DNA from: Candidatus Bipolaricaulia bacterium
GTDB taxonomy: Bacteria; Bipolaricaulota; Bipolaricaulia; RBG-16-55-9
Length of the DNA: 10,779 nucleotides
Assembly (NCBI GenBank): GCA_042219045.1
Contig: JBDGQO010000084.1
Coordinates: forward strand, 1-10,779
Direction of reading: 5' to 3'
Below, in pieces: positions 8,048-10,779 of this stretch (position 1 is its first letter; the number at the start of each line of letters is the position of its first letter). The notes under the pieces are model-generated. The model made no database searches. It was not told the DNA's origin and worked only from the letters and a program-made list of their open reading frames with translations. The translations under genes were made by a program, and so were the position numbers.

Positions 8048-8701
8048 ATGTCCTCTGCGCTCGATCTCGTGTCGTCGGATACCCGACGTGAACTCCTTCA
8101 AATTATTAAGCGTCGCGGTAGCCTTTCGGTCACGGAGGCCATGGAGGCCCTCGACATGGCACGGACCACCGTCCGGGAGCATCTCCTCCAGCTAAAAGAG
8201 AAGGGGCTTCTCACCCGGACCGAAGAACGAGAGGGTCGAGGGCGCCCGAGTCATCGCTACGAGATGACCCGCCGGGCCAAGGTGCTCTTTCCCTCGCGGG
8301 ATGGGGAGCTGATGGGCCGACTCGTTCGGTTTCTGAAGGAGCAGGGAGCGGAAGCGCTGGTGCAAACCTTTTTCGAGGCCTACTGGGACGACCGAACGGA
8401 GGCCGTTAAGCGAAAACTTCGGCAGGTTGCTTCGGACGACATCGACGATAAGGTAGAAACCCTCCGGGAAATTCTGGAGGAGGAAGGGTTTATGCCGAAG
8501 ATCACTCGTGAAGACAATCAGGTGACGATTCGTGAGTGTAATTGTCCGTTTCCGGAGTCGGTGAAGGAGACGCGCATTCCGTGTCGATTGGAGGAGGAGT
8601 TTTACGAGGAGATCTTCGAGACGGACCTCGAACGGGTCTCCCACATCCCCGAAGGCCATTCGGCCTGCACCTACGAGGTGGAGGCGAAGCCTATGGGGTG
8701 A
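8048..8701 (+). CDS. SufR-like (COG2345-type) winged-HTH transcriptional regulator with a C-terminal Fe-S motif
   Basis: N-terminal HTH (TRRELLQII...MARTTVREHLLQL...GRGRPSHRY). The C-terminus NCPF...PCRLE...SACTY has the spacing C-x12-C-x2-E-x24-C. Confidence 0.85.
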   Translation: MSSALDLVSSDTRRELLQIIKRRGSLSVTEAMEALDMARTTVREHLLQLKEKGLLTRTEEREGRGRPSHRYEMTRRAKVLFPSRDGELMGRLVRFLKEQGAEALVQTFFEAYWDDRTEAVKRKLRQVASDDIDDKVETLREILEEEGFMPKITREDNQVTIRECNCPFPESVKETRIPCRLEEEFYEEIFETDLERVSHIPEGHSACTYEVEAKPMG

Positions 8702-8756
8702 GGCTGCTCGCTGGAAAGCCCACCGTTGTTGTCCGGCATAGAGAGAAGCTTTACTG

Positions 8757-8785
8757 AATTAAAACGTTATTAGGCTAATATAACT
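8757..8785 (+). promoter_or_regulatory. Conserved 29-bp element, copy C
   Basis: AATTAAAACGTTATTAGGCTAATATAACT lies about 80 bp upstream of the ATG at 8866 and is followed by a TATGAT hexamer at 8790-8795. Confidence 0.65.
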
Positions 8786-8865
8786 TTTGTATGATGGTGA
8801 GGAAGCGTATGATAGAAGGGAGGGGATTCCAAAACACACTGTGACACGTAACCCAGGAGGTTTTT

Positions 8866-9579
8866 ATGCAGCTTGCTCTCAGCAGCGCCGCCGTGCCCGA
8901 TGCGTCGATGGATACCCTTCGCAGCGCGGCGCGGCGCCGAGACTTGAAGGCGTTGGAGCTCGTGCTCGGGGCGGGGCACGGCCACGGCATCGGAACGCCC
9001 AGTAAGCCGGGGGGACGGGCCACGACGGACGCCGTTCCGCCGCAGGCAGGTGCACCTCCTGTGCAGTGGCTTCTGACAAGCGGGGCGCCTTCCGTGACGG
9101 ACATGTTGTACTGGGGGCGGCAGGCTTCTCTCCTGGATGCTGGGCTTCTTCTTCGAGTGGCCGTTCTGGAATCGCCCATGGGCCTACCGCTCGCCCTGGT
9201 GCACGGAACGGATCTCCAGGAGGCGCAGCGGGCAGTCGCCTGGGCCCGGATGCACGACGCAAACACGTGTTGGACCGTCGAGCTCGGGCAGCGGACGCCG
9301 GAGCAGTTTGCCGATGTGCTGGAGGCGACGGCGCCCACGCTGGCCCACGTCCGGTTGCTGGGGGCGGGCCCCGAAGCGCAATCTGCTGGGTCGGACCGCC
9401 TGGGGACGGGGACGGTGCTCAAGGAACTGGCCCTGCAGGGGTATTCCGGGACCGTTGCCCTCGCTCCCTCCGCAAACGGGTCAACATCGGACTGGCGAGA
9501 GTGGCTTTTCGAAGAGCGGGGATGGGGATGCAACACGGCCGCCAAGAAAAAGGATGCCCGGAAAGCAGCAGCGTCTTGA
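8866..9579 (+). CDS. Hypothetical protein, possibly a degenerate xylose-isomerase/AP-endonuclease-2-like TIM barrel
   Basis: 237 aa preceded by a strong RBS (AGGAGG). Patterns MQLALSS...LKALEL, LAHVRLLG and LKELALQGYSGTVAL resemble sugar-phosphate-isomerase barrels. The fold assignment is weak. Confidence 0.7.
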   Translation: MQLALSSAAVPDASMDTLRSAARRRDLKALELVLGAGHGHGIGTPSKPGGRATTDAVPPQAGAPPVQWLLTSGAPSVTDMLYWGRQASLLDAGLLLRVAVLESPMGLPLALVHGTDLQEAQRAVAWARMHDANTCWTVELGQRTPEQFADVLEATAPTLAHVRLLGAGPEAQSAGSDRLGTGTVLKELALQGYSGTVALAPSANGSTSDWREWLFEERGWGCNTAAKKKDARKAAAS

Positions 9580-9684
9580 TGGAAACAGCAGGGGAGGGGG
9601 AAGACAAGAGGCAGACGCGGTGCCATTGCAAACGAAAAGGAGAGTCATCACACGAATCAAGCTCAAATATACTGCTCTAACGCC

Positions 9685-9981
9685 ATGCCCTCTTCCTCCG
9701 ACGACGCGGTCGACACCCGACTCGACGTTCTCTCTATTGAGCCCAAGCATCGCTTCGAGCAGATTATGGACGCCTACCACGAGCTCGCGCCGGGCGAGAC
9801 GCTCGAACTCGTGGTCGATCACGACCCGAAGTACATGTACTACACCCTTGAGGCCGAGCACGGGCCGGAGACCTTCTCCTTCGAGTATCTGGAGGAGGGC
9901 CCGAAGGTGTGGCGAGTACAGGTGCAGAAGGAAAAAGAGCTGGAACAGGCCGCGGCCGCCGAACCCCCGGCCGAAGGGTGA
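9685..9981 (+). CDS. DUF2249 domain protein (copy 2)
   Basis: LDVLSIEPKHRF...LVVDHDPKYMY...FEYLEEGPKVWRVQV is a clear paralog of copy 1. Confidence 0.85.
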   Translation: MPSSSDDAVDTRLDVLSIEPKHRFEQIMDAYHELAPGETLELVVDHDPKYMYYTLEAEHGPETFSFEYLEEGPKVWRVQVQKEKELEQAAAAEPPAEG

Positions 9982-10022
9982 CGAAGAGCAAACGTTTTAC
10001 AGACACCGATCTTCCCAGGCCC

Positions 10023-10355
10023 ATGCCCAAACCGATCCGCAAGCAAATTGCTGACATTCTCCGGCACGTCGACGACCCGGAACTGGGGATCAACATCGTC
10101 GATCTTGGGCTCGTCTACGACCTCCACTTTGACGACGGCGACCTGGCGATCAAGCTCACGATGACGACCCCGGCGTGTCCGCTCAGCGACTACATCAAGC
10201 GCAACATCCGGCACGTGATCGATCAGGTCAAGCAAATTGATCGGGTCCACATCGACATCGTGTGGGAGCCGTCGTGGTCGCCGCAGATGATGGATCCGGA
10301 CGTGCGGCGCCGCGGCTTCCGACAACCCCCGCAGTATGCTTCCCAATACACCTAA
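10023..10355 (+). CDS. SufT/DUF59 (MIP18/PaaD-like) metal-sulfur cluster assembly factor
   Basis: Motifs VDDPELGINIVDLGLVY, MTTPACP and VWEPSWSPQMM (DPE...TxxxCP signature). An alternative start is the in-frame GTG at 9978, which overlaps the upstream stop. Confidence 0.9.
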   Translation: MPKPIRKQIADILRHVDDPELGINIVDLGLVYDLHFDDGDLAIKLTMTTPACPLSDYIKRNIRHVIDQVKQIDRVHIDIVWEPSWSPQMMDPDVRRRGFRQPPQYASQYT

Positions 10356-10364
10356 CCCAAACGC

Positions 10365-10655
10365 ATGACAGACTCGACAACCACTGATCGGCCCGACCTT
10401 CTGGAGCCTGTTTCGGAGGAGGAACTCGTCGACCTGGGCGTGCGCCCGATCTTGCAGGACGGGGGCGAGCCGTTCGGGAAGATCATGAGCACGCTCCAGG
10501 AGGTGCCGGAGGGGCACGTACTTCGGCTTCGGGCGACGTTCAAGCCGACGCCGCTCTTTGGAGTACTCGGGGCAAAAGGATGGAGCCACTGGATCGAAAA
10601 GGGGGAAGGGGAAGACTGGATCATCTGGTTTTATCGGGCCGAAGACTTTGGGTAA
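10365..10655 (+). CDS. DUF2249 domain protein (copy 3, divergent subtype)
   Basis: LGVRPILQDGGEPFGKIM...LRLRATFKPTPLFGVLGAKGWSH...WIIWFYR follows the EPF/F-x-P-x-PL subtype pattern. Confidence 0.78.
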   Translation: MTDSTTTDRPDLLEPVSEEELVDLGVRPILQDGGEPFGKIMSTLQEVPEGHVLRLRATFKPTPLFGVLGAKGWSHWIEKGEGEDWIIWFYRAEDFG

Positions 10656-10706
10656 GTCCCCTTCCACGCTCGCACTGTCGCTGCATTTCTACTTATTTGC
10701 TTGCCT

Positions 10707-10779
10707 ATGCCGTACGTCGTCACCGAGCCCTGCATCAACTGCAAGTACACCGACTGCGTGGAGGTTTGCCCGGTCGACT
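10707..10779 (+). CDS. fdxA: FdxA-type (7Fe, Azotobacter FdI-like) ferredoxin, 5' part only
   Basis: Hand translation [24 protein letters not shown]... matches the characteristic [16 protein letters not shown] motif. It is truncated by the window end. Confidence 0.9.
   Translation, partial: MPYVVTEPCINCKYTDCVEVCPVD

Noticed and set aside
1..10779. CRISPR arrays, tRNA/rRNA genes, IS elements or integrases
   Set aside because: No regularly spaced repeats, RNA-gene signatures, transposase motifs or terminal inverted repeats were seen. The 29-bp element is dispersed and promoter-proximal, not an array.

Overview
GC-rich bacterial window whose proteins are acidic (D/E-rich), which suggests a halophile such as a Salinibacter-like member of the Rhodothermota; this is inference. 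The left part, on the minus strand, encodes a two-component pair: a membrane PAS/HisKA_3 kinase and a NarL/LuxR-type regulator that runs off the window edge. Divergent from it on the plus strand is a dense redox and Fe-S stress cluster. In order it holds: a 36-aa single-TM small ORF coupled to a type II NADH dehydrogenase, a single-cluster ferredoxin, a Ric/YtfE di-iron repair protein, two paralogous 135-aa His-containing membrane proteins, DUF2249 copy 1, a stand-alone A2-type heme-copper oxidase subunit I, a SufR-like Fe-S-binding HTH regulator, a TIM-barrel-like hypothetical protein, DUF2249 copy 2, a SufT/DUF59 protein, DUF2249 copy 3, and the start of an FdxA-type 7Fe ferredoxin. A conserved 29-bp AT-rich element (AATwAAAACGTTAT...AATwTAAC, containing GTTA-N11-TAAC) occurs in three intergenic regions and may tie the locus into one regulon. 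No RNA genes, CRISPR arrays or mobile elements were seen.
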